Virus record (IMG/VR): IMGVR_UViG_3300045988_159685
Length of the DNA: 64,000 nt
Direction: 5' to 3' (one strand)
Source of the DNA: a virus
This document shows, in pieces, positions 24,775 through 35,724 of the stretch; position 1 is the stretch's first letter, and every line of letters begins with the position of its first letter. The notes under the pieces are model-generated. The model was not told the DNA's origin. It did no database searches and worked only from the letters and a program-made list of their open reading frames with translations. The translations under genes and the position numbers were made by a program.

Positions 24775-25791
24775 ATGTCAAAGGTATCAAAACTTCCGCC
24801 TGTTACGCAGGAAGAGTGGAACAAAGTAAACGACTTTAACAAATTTATATTTGAAGATTTTATAACGAACAGCACAGAGCTATCGCCTAAAACAAAAATT
24901 GCTTATGAGTCAAATTTAAAAATTTGGTTTATTTGGGTCAAAGATAATCTTAATAACAAATCTCAGATCGACATTAAACCTTTAGACTTTAAGCGTTTTC
25001 AAAACTGGATGGTCAACCGTGGTTGTTCAAGTGCAGATTGTGCAAACAAAAGAGCGGCAATTAGCTCGCTTAATAATTACATAGATGTTTACTATAGGGA
25101 CGATTATCCACAATTTCGCAATTTTATTAATAAGAGTATAGCACGACCGCCAAAGGCTTTTGTAAATGAGAAGCAACCACTGACGAAAGAGGAATTTGCA
25201 AATCTTATTTCTGTTCTCGAAAAACGTGGTGATTGGCAAAAGGTTGCCTATCTTAAATTTACATTAGATACAGGATGTCGCCGTGCTGAGAGCATACAAG
25301 TGAAAAAGGATTTTGTAAACATCAAGCCGACCATAAAACACAAAACCCATATTGACGAAAATGGTAACGAAGTAACAAAAGAGATTAAGTATTATGTTAC
25401 CCCTACTATTCGTTGTAAAGGAAAGGGTACGGTTGGTAAAGAAAGAAAGTTTAAATTCTCACAGGATACAATGGATGCATTTAAGAAGTGGATTGAAGTT
25501 AGAGGTGAAGACGATTGCCCAGACATGTTTATTTCTAAATATGCCGGAAAAGTAAAAGGCATAGCAGAGAACACGTTAAACAATTGGGCTACTCATGTAT
25601 TTACACCTATCGTCGGCAGACGCTTTCATCCGCATCTTCTAAGAGAGTCTAAGGCAACTCAGCTTGCAGTCGAAGAAGGAAAAGACATTTCTGTAATCCA
25701 AAGTCTATTAGGCCACGAGTCATCAGAAACTACACAAATTTATATAATCCGTGACGAAACCGATGACCTCGACGAGTTGTTTGAAGAGTAG
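24775..25791 (+). CDS. tyrosine recombinase/integrase (XerC/D-like, with SAM-like N-domain)
   Basis: TGCRRAESIQV (Arg I), HPHLLRES (HxxR), LGHESSETTQIY (H..Y). RBS AAAGGAGA. Confidence 0.8.
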   Translation: MSKVSKLPPVTQEEWNKVNDFNKFIFEDFITNSTELSPKTKIAYESNLKIWFIWVKDNLNNKSQIDIKPLDFKRFQNWMVNRGCSSADCANKRAAISSLNNYIDVYYRDDYPQFRNFINKSIARPPKAFVNEKQPLTKEEFANLISVLEKRGDWQKVAYLKFTLDTGCRRAESIQVKKDFVNIKPTIKHKTHIDENGNEVTKEIKYYVTPTIRCKGKGTVGKERKFKFSQDTMDAFKKWIEVRGEDDCPDMFISKYAGKVKGIAENTLNNWATHVFTPIVGRRFHPHLLRESKATQLAVEEGKDISVIQSLLGHESSETTQIYIIRDETDDLDELFEE

Positions 25792-25799
25792 GTGACGGT

Positions 25800-26855
25800 A
25801 TGGGAAGACAAAAACAATCGTTATCTAAGAGACCGTCAGTTGCTACAAAAGAAAGCAAAAAAGAGCCTAAGACTAAAAGTATAGTCGAAGAACGTGAAAA
25901 AGTAATGACTCCTGAAAAGAAAGAGTACCGATATACATGTCTTTCTTGTCATTGCAGTGCAAACAATCCTGTAAACTTTCCTATTTCATACAGTGTTATA
26001 TATGCTGGCAACGATCACCGCCTGCCATATTGTCGTGATTGTTTAAACGCTATGTGGGCCATTGTCGCAAAAGATTATTCAGATTATCAGGACATTTACC
26101 GCAGGATTTGTATGTACTTCGATATCTATTATAATGCAGAAGTAGCCGAGATAGCTTATAAAGAATCTGAGAGTGAAAAACGTGTTTCAAGATATATCAC
26201 AAAAATAAATCGTTATCCATATAGCAACAAAACTTACCAAGATACAATTAAAGAAGATATGTCTAAAAGGCATACAGAAAATTTCGATGGATTGTATGAA
26301 CCAATAGAGAAAACTGTTCCTCATGAAATCATTGACTTTTGGGGAGCTGGATTGGAAAGTGCTTCTGATTATCAAGAACTACAGGCTTCTTATGAAAAGT
26401 GGAATTCAGAGGTCGAGTGTTCAAAGCCTTCGCAAAGAATTTTAATTAAACGAATTTGTTTCAATGAGCTTAAAACTCATAAAGCAATGATTGCGGGAGA
26501 CGACACTACTAAGCTTACCGACGAACTCAACAAATTACTTGATAGTGCAAAGCTACAGCCAAAACAGGTTAAAGATGTTTCAATAGCCGACGAGAATACA
26601 TTTGGAACACTTATAAAGAAATGGGAAGATGAAGAACCAGTTCCAGAACCGCTCCCTGAGTTTAAGGATGTTGACGGTATTATAAAATATATTAGCGTTT
26701 GGTTCTACGGGCATCTTGCAAAAATGTTTGGCAAAAGAAACAAATGGGGAAAACTTTACAACGACGAAGTTTCAAAATATACAGTTACTCCACCTGAGTA
26801 TAATTCCGAAGATGATGACATAGACTTTGAGTCAATCTTTGGTGCAGATGAGTAG
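25800..26855 (+). CDS. putative terminase small subunit / packaging accessory protein with Zn-ribbon
   Basis: Assigned by its position immediately upstream of terL. Basic N-terminus, CLSCHC..CRDC cluster, acidic C-terminus. Confidence 0.35.
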   Translation: MGRQKQSLSKRPSVATKESKKEPKTKSIVEEREKVMTPEKKEYRYTCLSCHCSANNPVNFPISYSVIYAGNDHRLPYCRDCLNAMWAIVAKDYSDYQDIYRRICMYFDIYYNAEVAEIAYKESESEKRVSRYITKINRYPYSNKTYQDTIKEDMSKRHTENFDGLYEPIEKTVPHEIIDFWGAGLESASDYQELQASYEKWNSEVECSKPSQRILIKRICFNELKTHKAMIAGDDTTKLTDELNKLLDSAKLQPKQVKDVSIADENTFGTLIKKWEDEEPVPEPLPEFKDVDGIIKYISVWFYGHLAKMFGKRNKWGKLYNDEVSKYTVTPPEYNSEDDDIDFESIFGADE

Positions 26856-26865
26856 GTGATACTTT

Positions 26866-28635
26866 ATGATGGTTGATAAAGTATACACTCAGGATAAAAC
26901 TATGCAGACGGTAATTGAACGTGCCGCTTATTATAGGGCAAACCCACATAGGTTTGTCAAAGATTATTTGGGCATTGATTTACGATTGTTCCAAATGATT
27001 TTAATAGTCATGATGAACTTTAATACAAATTTTATGTATCTTGCCAGTAGAGGTCAAGGCAAAACCTTTCTATGCGCTATATTTTGTTGCGTTAGATGTA
27101 TCTTGTACCCTGGCACCAGAATTTGTATTGCTTCTTCTAAACGTGCACAAGCGTGTGAAGTATTGGAAAAAATTATGACGATATTCTATCCTAATTCCGC
27201 TAATTTGCGAAACGAGATAGAAGTTTATAAAAATAACAACACTGAGAATTATATAAAATTCCATAACACCTCAATGATAAAGGTTGTTACCGCAAGTGAC
27301 AGTGCTCGTTCCAATCGAGCTAACATCCTTATAATTGACGAGTTTAGAATGGTAGACCAAACTATCATTGCAACTGTACTGAAGAAATTCTTGACCGCTG
27401 AACGTGAGCCCGGATTTCTTAATAAGGATAAATATAAAAAGCTCAGAAGCACCGATATCGCTCAATATAATAAGTACAAAGAGCGTAATAAAGAAATGTA
27501 TTTATCCTCGGCGTATTATAAAAAACATTGGTCATGGGAAAAGACTAAGACATATTGTGCGGCAATGTTGGACGATAAGCGCAGCTATTTCTTATGTGGA
27601 CTCCCCTACCAACTATCAATTAAAGAGGGTATATTAAATGCGGAACAAGTAGCCGACGAAATGTCTGAGGCAGATTTCTCACAGATAATTTGGGACATGG
27701 AAAGTGGATGTTTGTGGCATGGTGAAAGTGACGACGCATTATTTAGCTATTCAAGTTTGATAGATGCCAGGGCTATAAAGACTGCTTTTTATCCACATTC
27801 GGTAACAGACTATTACCCAGCTTTGAAGAACCCAACAAAGAAAAATGGTGAGATTAGAGTTCTTGCTGTGGACATCGCCGTTATGGCGTCGAAGAAAAAT
27901 AAGAACGATGCAACAGCTATTCATATATTGCAATTACTTCCAACTAGCAATAGCCAGTATATTAGAAATTTAGTATATTCCGAAAACTTTGAAGGCGGTC
28001 ACTCTGAAACACAAGCAATTACAATAAGGCGCCTATTTGAAGATTTGGAATGTGACTACATTGTTATAGATACGAACGGCGTTGGTAATGGCGTATATGA
28101 TGAGTTGGTCAAAGATTTGGTCGATCCTGTTACGGGTGAACTATATCCTGCCTTTACTTGTATGAATGACGAAGCAATGGCGGAAAAATATAAGGGTTCT
28201 TCACGCAACCCAAGAAAAGTTATCTATAGTATTAAGGCAAGCGCAAAGTTCAACAGTGATTGTGCATACCTGCTTAAAGATAATTTAATGCGTGGAAAGA
28301 CAAGACTGTTAATTAACGAAAAGGATGCCGACGATATTTTAAAGCAATCCAAAACATTTAGGGGTTTGGACGAAGAAATAAAAGCGAACATCCTTATGCC
28401 ATATATACAAACTGCCCTGCTGGTTAATGAACTGGTCAATCTGAAATATGAAACAAACGGCAGTTTGATTAAGATTATGGAACGTGGAAACGAAAGAAAA
28501 GACCGATATTCTGCGCTAGCTTATGGTAATTATTTTGCCACCGAGTTAGAGAGGACTATCGTAAAACACAAAAAAGCAAAGCTAAACGACAATTTCATTT
28601 TTGAATTTAGAGCGCCGTCTTTGCGTACAAGTTAG
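26866..28635 (+). CDS. terL: terminase large subunit
   Basis: Walker A ASRGQGKT, Walker B ANILIIDEF, and C-terminal RNaseH-like nuclease Asp blocks (LAVDIAVM, IVIDTNGVGNGVYDE). Confidence 0.8.
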   Translation: MMVDKVYTQDKTMQTVIERAAYYRANPHRFVKDYLGIDLRLFQMILIVMMNFNTNFMYLASRGQGKTFLCAIFCCVRCILYPGTRICIASSKRAQACEVLEKIMTIFYPNSANLRNEIEVYKNNNTENYIKFHNTSMIKVVTASDSARSNRANILIIDEFRMVDQTIIATVLKKFLTAEREPGFLNKDKYKKLRSTDIAQYNKYKERNKEMYLSSAYYKKHWSWEKTKTYCAAMLDDKRSYFLCGLPYQLSIKEGILNAEQVADEMSEADFSQIIWDMESGCLWHGESDDALFSYSSLIDARAIKTAFYPHSVTDYYPALKNPTKKNGEIRVLAVDIAVMASKKNKNDATAIHILQLLPTSNSQYIRNLVYSENFEGGHSETQAITIRRLFEDLECDYIVIDTNGVGNGVYDELVKDLVDPVTGELYPAFTCMNDEAMAEKYKGSSRNPRKVIYSIKASAKFNSDCAYLLKDNLMRGKTRLLINEKDADDILKQSKTFRGLDEEIKANILMPYIQTALLVNELVNLKYETNGSLIKIMERGNERKDRYSALAYGNYFATELERTIVKHKKAKLNDNFIFEFRAPSLRTS

Positions 28636-28645
28636 GGGTGAATAA

Positions 28646-30121
28646 ATGTCAAATACAGAAAAGAAAGAAATTATGGTCTGGGATAAAAGTATGGGTAACT
28701 TTGCACGTCTTGGTGAAGTACCAATTAGAAACTTGAATCAAGATTACTATATTAATCGATCTTCTATTCATTATACCAAATACAAAAAAGAAGATGTGGT
28801 CAAATGGTTTACCGATCCTGAAGCAAACGAAAAGAATTTGAGAAATGCTTCTATCTACCTTTACGAAGTAAGCCCACATTATCGGAGACTAATTAACTAT
28901 TTTGCCAAGCTTCATACAATGGCATATATTATTGAACCTTATAAACTTGACCAAAGTAAAAAAATAGATACGGCTAAATTAAAAGAAACATATATAAAGA
29001 TTTGCAACTACATTGATAAAATGAATTTAAAACACGAGGCCGTTAAAATATTAACAACGTGTTTTAGAGAAGACGTATTCTATGGCTATGTTTACGAAAC
29101 GACCGACTCATACTATATAAGAAAAATGCCGCCTGACTATTGTAAAATTAATCGAATAGAGGACGGATGTTTTTTATATCAATTTGACTTCTCTTATTTT
29201 ACAAGTCATAAAGAGGACTTGGAATCGTTTGGCGAAGAGTTTATTGAAAAGTACGAGCTGTATAAAACACATCGCTCAATGCGTTGGCAAAGTTTGAGTA
29301 GCAAACGCACTTTTTGTTTAAAGGTGAATGAGGATATTAATTTCCCAATGCCACCTTTTATTGGTGTATTTGCGGGTATATTTGATATTGATGATTATAA
29401 AGGATTGCAAAAGGCTAGAACTGAAATAGGAAACTACAAAATCTTATCATTAAAAATTCCAATGGAAGACGGCGATTATAAGATGGAGCAGGAAGACGCC
29501 CTTATGTACTATAACAATTTGTTAAAGGTATTACCTGAAAACATCGGCGCATTTCTAACCCCTATGGACGTTGAAGACCATGACTTTCAGAAATCAGGCA
29601 ATGTTGATATAGACAATGTTGGCGACGCAACTAAAACCTTTTGGAATGATGCTGGCGTATGTTCATTGATTTTCGGTGGTGACAAACAAACCTCCGCAAC
29701 ACTTTCGGTTTCTATTAAGTCAGACGAACAAATGGTTTTTGCTCTAATGAACCAGTTTGGACGTAATATAAATCGACTACTTAAACAGATAGACGGCAGA
29801 TACAAATTTAAGATTCAATTTCTGGATGTAACTTATTATAATCAGCAGGAAACATATAAGTCATATCTCAATGCCGCCCAAGCAAGTTTACCAACAACAA
29901 CTATGGCGTGTGCGGCGTTAGGAGTTGCGCCAATTGATATGATGAATATGAATTTTCTTGAGGATGATATACTACATATCAAGGAAAAATTTGAACCTCT
30001 TAAAACTTCATATACACAATCTAGTGGAGAGGCTGGTGCGCCAACTCAGGAAGAAAAAGGCGAGCAGTTATCTGACGCTGGTGAAAATACGCGAGACCAT
30101 AATTCCAATCAAGAATACTAG
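28646..30121 (+). CDS. putative portal protein
   Basis: 491-aa ORF directly after terL, with an acidic C-terminal tail. Assigned on size and synteny only. Confidence 0.5.
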   Translation: MSNTEKKEIMVWDKSMGNFARLGEVPIRNLNQDYYINRSSIHYTKYKKEDVVKWFTDPEANEKNLRNASIYLYEVSPHYRRLINYFAKLHTMAYIIEPYKLDQSKKIDTAKLKETYIKICNYIDKMNLKHEAVKILTTCFREDVFYGYVYETTDSYYIRKMPPDYCKINRIEDGCFLYQFDFSYFTSHKEDLESFGEEFIEKYELYKTHRSMRWQSLSSKRTFCLKVNEDINFPMPPFIGVFAGIFDIDDYKGLQKARTEIGNYKILSLKIPMEDGDYKMEQEDALMYYNNLLKVLPENIGAFLTPMDVEDHDFQKSGNVDIDNVGDATKTFWNDAGVCSLIFGGDKQTSATLSVSIKSDEQMVFALMNQFGRNINRLLKQIDGRYKFKIQFLDVTYYNQQETYKSYLNAAQASLPTTTMACAALGVAPIDMMNMNFLEDDILHIKEKFEPLKTSYTQSSGEAGAPTQEEKGEQLSDAGENTRDHNSNQEY

Positions 30122-30130
30122 GTGAAGCTT

Positions 30131-30310
30131 ATGAAGTTTATATATACAAAAGATATTGATATAAAAAACAAACTTGTTGCTAAAGGTTTTAGGCTATTGC
30201 AGACCTTTGACAACAAGATTTTTGTTTTTGAAAACAATTGTAGTTCTACCTTTACAAAAGACGAGCTTACAAAGATTGTTTATAGTAACACTTTTTGTAT
30301 GAGGGGGTGA
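30131..30310 (+). CDS. hypothetical protein (59 aa)
   Basis: ATG 30131 is preceded by AGGTGA. Confidence 0.4.
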   Translation: MKFIYTKDIDIKNKLVAKGFRLLQTFDNKIFVFENNCSSTFTKDELTKIVYSNTFCMRG

Positions 30311-30315
30311 ACAAA

Positions 30316-31836
30316 ATGAAGAAACAAAATTTGCCTATAAATTACTCCATAGATAAGGATTTTAAATCGGACAAGTTTATCAAACTGCGTATGCGGATTT
30401 GTCACGATGGAATAAATTATAACAATTCTAAATTTACCATTGAAAATCTTGAGGAGAAAAAAGATAGTTTAGCTAATTCACCAATACTTGCGTATATGTA
30501 CTTTGATGAAAATGGTGATCCGCAATTTGGAGAACACAATTTTGAAATTGAAAAAGACAAAGTACACGACGGTGAAGCTAAAATTATATATACCGAAACG
30601 CCAGTTGGTGTTATTCCAGAGACAAATAATTTTGAAGTTGTCAATGAGGATGGCATCAACTATATTTATGCTGACGGATATATATGGAAGAAATATTCCA
30701 ATTATTGCGAAGATATTCTCAATCGTTATGATGAAATAAGAATCTCGATGGAAGTGAATATTTTAGCTTATTCCTATAACACCACAGATAATGTATACGA
30801 TATTACAGATTTCAACTATGCGGCAGTAACGCTGTTGAATGAAGGTATTGATACAGGTATGAAAAATGCGAGAGCGACAATTGAAACTTTCTCACAATCT
30901 GTGGAATCCGAAAAAGATTTGTCCTTTATGATGCAAGAATTAAATAAAGACCTTGCGGATAATAAAGAAGATTTTACGAAAGGAGATGTGAAACAGATGG
31001 ATAAGGAACTTATAGAAAACATTCTCAAAGAATATAAAATGAAAATCGACGATATTTCTTTTGACATCACAGATGACATGACTGAGGAAACATTTAGATC
31101 TCAGCTTGAAACAATGCAGGCTAATTCTAAAGGAGCCGAAGACGAGGCTAAGCCTGATGATGAGTTTAAGGCTTCTAAAATCGAAGCTCCCGTTACAATG
31201 TTTGCAACCGTAAATCAGAAGCGAGAGATGATAAAAAATGCAATTCCAAAAGACAGCAGTGAATATGACGAAGATAAAAATCTCGTTAAGTCGGTAGATT
31301 ATTGGCTTGAAGACTTTGATGACAATTATGTTTATATTTCAATTTATTCATATGAACGCGGTAATGGCTCTTCTTCAAAGATGGGACGCTTTGCGTATTC
31401 CATTGACGAGACTGGGGTTGTAACAATTGACAGTAATTATGTAGAGGTGTTCAGAAGTTGGGTCACAGCAGAAGAAATGGCTGCGCTTGACGCACTTAAA
31501 GAAGAAAATAGTAAGCTCAAGTCAGAGGTAGACGAGCTGAATGAATACAAAGAAACTGTCGAAAAAGAAAAGGTTGAAACAGCGGCTTCAGAAATATTTA
31601 ATGATTTTGAGAATGAGTTATCTGGCGTTGACGAGTTTTCTCTTCTTAAATCCGAGCATGACGGCATGACTGCTGAGCAAATATCTGCACAGTGTTACAT
31701 GCTTCTGGGCAAGAAAAACAAGAAGTCAACCAAAGCAACTAAGGAAAGCAAGACTGTTACATTTAGTTTAAATGGTAAAACAGAGTCTGTGGACGAGCCT
31801 TGGTACAAAGAATTATACGATAAGTATGGAAAATAA
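30316..31836 (+). CDS. putative scaffolding (possibly protease-scaffold fusion) protein
   Basis: ATG 30316 follows GAGGGGG. Globular N-terminal ~190 aa, then a long acidic coiled-coil region. Located between portal and capsid genes. Confidence 0.35.
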   Translation: MKKQNLPINYSIDKDFKSDKFIKLRMRICHDGINYNNSKFTIENLEEKKDSLANSPILAYMYFDENGDPQFGEHNFEIEKDKVHDGEAKIIYTETPVGVIPETNNFEVVNEDGINYIYADGYIWKKYSNYCEDILNRYDEIRISMEVNILAYSYNTTDNVYDITDFNYAAVTLLNEGIDTGMKNARATIETFSQSVESEKDLSFMMQELNKDLADNKEDFTKGDVKQMDKELIENILKEYKMKIDDISFDITDDMTEETFRSQLETMQANSKGAEDEAKPDDEFKASKIEAPVTMFATVNQKREMIKNAIPKDSSEYDEDKNLVKSVDYWLEDFDDNYVYISIYSYERGNGSSSKMGRFAYSIDETGVVTIDSNYVEVFRSWVTAEEMAALDALKEENSKLKSEVDELNEYKETVEKEKVETAASEIFNDFENELSGVDEFSLLKSEHDGMTAEQISAQCYMLLGKKNKKSTKATKESKTVTFSLNGKTESVDEPWYKELYDKYGK

Positions 31837-31858
31837 TTAAGGAAAGAGGTAATAAAAC

Positions 31859-32353
31859 ATGGCAACAAGACATGCTATTGTTAGAACTGATAATCTGTCA
31901 GGCACTACAGATGGTTCTAAGCTGATTTCAGCTAAGTTTTACAGCGGCTCCGATCCGGCTGCTATTGACAACGGAAATGTTGTATCTATTTCAGACGAGC
32001 TTATAAACAGAGAAACATATAAGGTAACTGCACCTACAGCGGCAGACACAAGAGCAACAATTGGTCTGGTGGCTTCTGTAGAGATTATGTATGACGAGCA
32101 GAGATATCACAACCTTGAGGATTTTACAAATGAGGCCGACTCACTGATTAGAGTGTATGCTCTTGAAACAGGAGACGAGTTCTCTGTAACTAAGGAGGCA
32201 CTTGACGGCACAGTTGCTAAAGATAAGTACGTCAAGCTGACAGCGGACTCAACAAAGCTTACTGCAACTGACACTGCTACAGGCGCCATTGGTAAGATAG
32301 TTGCCGTCGAGATTGTAAACCCTGATACATACTACGTTATCAAGGTTAAGTAA
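31859..32353 (+). CDS. head-associated protein (decoration/auxiliary capsid protein candidate)
   Basis: Strong RBS. GC-richer, highly expressed-looking codon usage shared with the adjacent capsid gene. Confidence 0.35.
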   Translation: MATRHAIVRTDNLSGTTDGSKLISAKFYSGSDPAAIDNGNVVSISDELINRETYKVTAPTAADTRATIGLVASVEIMYDEQRYHNLEDFTNEADSLIRVYALETGDEFSVTKEALDGTVAKDKYVKLTADSTKLTATDTATGAIGKIVAVEIVNPDTYYVIKVK

Positions 32354-32376
32354 TTATAGGGAAAGGAGATACTATA

Positions 32377-33372
32377 ATGGATACAAATGAGAAAATTGTT
32401 TCCCTTGCTGTAAATCTGTACAAGGGTAATCCTGTTGGCGAGTTTTCACAGAGCGATTCAATGGAGACACTGAGAAAAGCACTGGTTGCCGCTAACAATG
32501 GTTCTACAAAGATTTCATATAAAGATATAAGAGATGGCAAATGCAACGGTGTATTCGCTATTGTTGAGGAGGTTATTCAGAGAACCGTAGTTGACGGTAT
32601 TCAGGGTGACGAATTCTTCATGAATATGGTTGACTATAGAAACGTAAAGCTCGGTGACGAGAATGACTTCTACGTTCCATCAAAGGCGCTCTTTGTTGTT
32701 TCTGAAGTTGCAAACGGTGTTCAGTCACTCAGACGTCAGAGACTTAATGGTGGTGAACATGTAACAGTTAAGACTTCTCTTAAAGCTGTTAAGATTTATG
32801 AGGAGCTCAATAGAGTTCTTCCAGGTCGTGTAGACTTTAATACTTTTATCGACAGAGTGAGCGAATCTTACAAACAGCAGATGAGAGCCGATATCTATAA
32901 TGCTTGGTGTACATATGTTGGCAATGGTTCAACCTATTTCCCTGTAGCTGGCACATATAGCGAAGATGGTCTGCTTGAGATGGTAAACCATGTAGAGGCG
33001 GCAACTGGCAAGTCTGCAACAATCATTGGTACAAAGGCAGCACTCAGAAAGATAAAGATAGACACAGTATCTGACGAGGCTAAGTCTGATATGTACAACA
33101 TTGGTTACTACGGTAAGTTTAATGGTACAAACTGCGTTAAGGTAAATCAGATACATAAGCCAGGTACAACTGATTTCCTGCTTGACGATAAGAAGCTTTA
33201 TGTTATTGCAACAGATGACAAGCCTATTAAGGTCGTTACTGAGGGCGAGCCAACAATTATTCTTGGCAATCCTGCCGATAATGCCGATCTTACACAGGAG
33301 TTCTTCTATGGCGAGAGCTACGGCGTTGGTATTGTAATGGCGGATCAGTTCGGCGTTTACTCAATGTCATAA
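32377..33372 (+). CDS. putative major capsid protein
   Basis: 331 aa with strong RBS AAAGGAGA. Distinct codon usage. Followed by a strong terminator. Synteny is consistent. Confidence 0.55.
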   Translation: MDTNEKIVSLAVNLYKGNPVGEFSQSDSMETLRKALVAANNGSTKISYKDIRDGKCNGVFAIVEEVIQRTVVDGIQGDEFFMNMVDYRNVKLGDENDFYVPSKALFVVSEVANGVQSLRRQRLNGGEHVTVKTSLKAVKIYEELNRVLPGRVDFNTFIDRVSESYKQQMRADIYNAWCTYVGNGSTYFPVAGTYSEDGLLEMVNHVEAATGKSATIIGTKAALRKIKIDTVSDEAKSDMYNIGYYGKFNGTNCVKVNQIHKPGTTDFLLDDKKLYVIATDDKPIKVVTEGEPTIILGNPADNADLTQEFFYGESYGVGIVMADQFGVYSMS

Positions 33373-33386
33373 TAAAAATATTAATA

Positions 33387-33418
33387 TGCAGAGAGTTCAA
33401 TGCTCTCTGCATTTTTTT
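33387..33418 (+). terminator. rho-independent terminator after capsid gene
   Basis: TGCAGAGAG-loop-CTCTCTGCA followed by T7. Confidence 0.75.
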
Positions 33419-33435
33419 GAATGAAAGGAATAAAT

Positions 33436-33987
33436 ATGAGTACAACAAAAAGCACAATATCTAAAGGGGTAGCCACATCAAATACAACCAAGGGTGCAAC
33501 CACTAAAAAAGCTTCTACTTCTGAAAATAAGAAGATAGAGCACAAGCAATTACCGCTTGATACAATGGTAGCATGCACAAATATGACCAGTGGCAAGCTA
33601 ATTTATATAAGCTCAAGACAAATGGGTTTCACTATTGAGTGGGAGCATGAAGGAGATGTGGAATACATTGAACTTGGTGAACTTGTAACTATGCGCAATT
33701 CTCAGCGAGCATTTTTTGAAAAGAATTGGATTGCAATTGAAGACCCTGAAGTTAAAAAGTTCTTACGAGTAAATGCCTACTATGATGGTATTCCGTCAAT
33801 GGACGATTATGAAGACCTATTCAATAAGCCCGATTCTGAGATATTGAAAATCTTAAAAGGTGTTCCAGATGGATTTAAAGAAATCTTAGCAAATAAGGCT
33901 AGCAAAATGATAAGTGATGGCACAATAGATTCTCGTAAAACAATTGCATTACTAAAAAGCGAACTTAACTTGGATATTGAAGAGTAA
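33436..33987 (+). CDS. hypothetical virion-module protein
   Basis: ORF in the head-to-tail interval. The start is uncertain (33421 or 33436). Confidence 0.5.
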   Translation: MSTTKSTISKGVATSNTTKGATTKKASTSENKKIEHKQLPLDTMVACTNMTSGKLIYISSRQMGFTIEWEHEGDVEYIELGELVTMRNSQRAFFEKNWIAIEDPEVKKFLRVNAYYDGIPSMDDYEDLFNKPDSEILKILKGVPDGFKEILANKASKMISDGTIDSRKTIALLKSELNLDIEE

Positions 33988-33996
33988 TGGAGGTGT

Positions 33997-34443
33997 ATGA
34001 TATTGGCTACACCTTATAGTGAAATAACCGACAGCTTTGTTGGTATTGTAACAGAGTACAAGTTTTTTAATATCTTAAAGGAAGACCGTGACGAATGGCT
34101 TACTGATATAATGGATAGAGCTTGTGCAAGATTTAGAAAATCATGTCGCAAAAATCTTGACGACCGAAACGAAGAATTGCGTCAATTTAATGCCACGCTT
34201 GATGCAGATGAGATTGACATTATTCATCAGTTAATGATTGCCGAATGGTTAAGACCTCAATTATTCTCCTGCGAAAATCTCGAGAACAAATTGAACACTA
34301 AAGATTACTCGGAGTATTCACCAGCAAATTTGTTAAAAGAAATTCGTTCTACCCATGAGTATGCGGTTGATGAAGCAAAAAACATGATAAAAAATTATAC
34401 TTTTTCATTCCGTGATTTGGGGGATAAAATAGATGGCAAATAA
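33997..34443 (+). CDS. hypothetical head-tail connector-region protein
   Basis: GGAGGTG lies upstream. Position supports the call. Confidence 0.5.
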   Translation: MILATPYSEITDSFVGIVTEYKFFNILKEDRDEWLTDIMDRACARFRKSCRKNLDDRNEELRQFNATLDADEIDIIHQLMIAEWLRPQLFSCENLENKLNTKDYSEYSPANLLKEIRSTHEYAVDEAKNMIKNYTFSFRDLGDKIDGK

Positions 34444-34723
34444 TAATTTATATATTAACTATTTGAATTCTTTAATCTCCAAGGTATATAAAATTCTTCC
34501 GATGAAAGAAGAACAAAATACTACAACGGAAGTGTACATATCAAGTTTGATTTTCGAGCTACATGGCTTTGAAAATTTACTGAACGAATACCACAACGAT
34601 GCGAGAATACTTACAATTATATGTGTACTTGAGTCTCTTAAAGAACCTAACATTTCGCATGAGGTTTACAAAAGTGAAGTCTTTAAATGTATTAGCCTGA
34701 TTGAACAAATTCTACGGGGGTGA
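34433..34723 (+). CDS. hypothetical head-tail connector-region protein
   Basis: Overlaps its neighbours by 11 nt and 4 nt, suggesting translational coupling. Confidence 0.5.
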   Translation: MANNNLYINYLNSLISKVYKILPMKEEQNTTTEVYISSLIFELHGFENLLNEYHNDARILTIICVLESLKEPNISHEVYKSEVFKCISLIEQILRG

Positions 34724-35724
34724 GAGCAATCAATAAATTTGACTTGTATAACAGGGTAACTTTATCTGATGGTGCAACCCCAAAAGAGAGAATGATTAAT
34801 CATTGCAAAAATAATATCATTTATAAATCACGGCGTAGTCCTTCACGCAAAAGTGTTCTTATTGACAGTGAGCAAAAAGATGTTGTAATAGTATCAGGAA
34901 GCAATAACCATGTAAAAACGATTTGTGCTTTGCCAAACGACATTATCTATGATGGGCAAATTGTTGAATGGGAAAAATCACATTGGTTAATCTCCAATGT
35001 TGATATTGAATCTTCGGTTTATTATAAAGGAGTCATACACCAATGCAATATTAATTTACGTTGGCAAAACAAGGATGGCGAAATTATAAGTCGATGGTGC
35101 TATGCTGAAACGAATACCGCAGACGGTATCAAAGAGGGTAATACGTTAAATTTAACCGACGGCAATTTAACCTTGCATTTACCCCTAGACAATGAAACAC
35201 GTCAACTTCGTTTAGATAGGCGCTTTTTATTAGATATAGAAAAAGACAATCCGACGGCATACAAACTTATTAATCGTAATGTTGTAAGCGGAATATATGA
35301 TGAAAATCATGAACATGGTGTGTATATCATAACACTACAAAAGTCCGAACGATCGCACGATCGTGATAACTACGAATTGATGATTGCGGATTACTTTAAG
35401 CCTACCAAAGATAAGTCGGTTGGAATAAACTGCGCAATTAAATTTGATGGCTCCCCTACCATTAAGGCAGGCGGGTACTATAAAAGTTTTAATGCTGTAT
35501 TCTATGATAAGGATGGTTCTGAAATATCGCAAGAAGCGATATGGAATGTAGCCGTTATTGACGAACATAAGAAATATTTTTCTATCGTTAATGAGGGTTC
35601 TACAATAAAAATCAAAGCCGACAACAATGAGGGTATCATTGGCTCAAAGATTAAAATTGAACTATGTAACTCGGCTCAAAATTGTTCTGCCGAACTTTAT
35701 GTAAAGGTGGTGGCAATTTTATGA
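34720..35724 (+). CDS. hypothetical structural protein (334 aa)
   Basis: GTGA start/stop overlap. The start is uncertain. Confidence 0.5.
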   Translation: MRAINKFDLYNRVTLSDGATPKERMINHCKNNIIYKSRRSPSRKSVLIDSEQKDVVIVSGSNNHVKTICALPNDIIYDGQIVEWEKSHWLISNVDIESSVYYKGVIHQCNINLRWQNKDGEIISRWCYAETNTADGIKEGNTLNLTDGNLTLHLPLDNETRQLRLDRRFLLDIEKDNPTAYKLINRNVVSGIYDENHEHGVYIITLQKSERSHDRDNYELMIADYFKPTKDKSVGINCAIKFDGSPTIKAGGYYKSFNAVFYDKDGSEISQEAIWNVAVIDEHKKYFSIVNEGSTIKIKADNNEGIIGSKIKIELCNSAQNCSAELYVKVVAIL

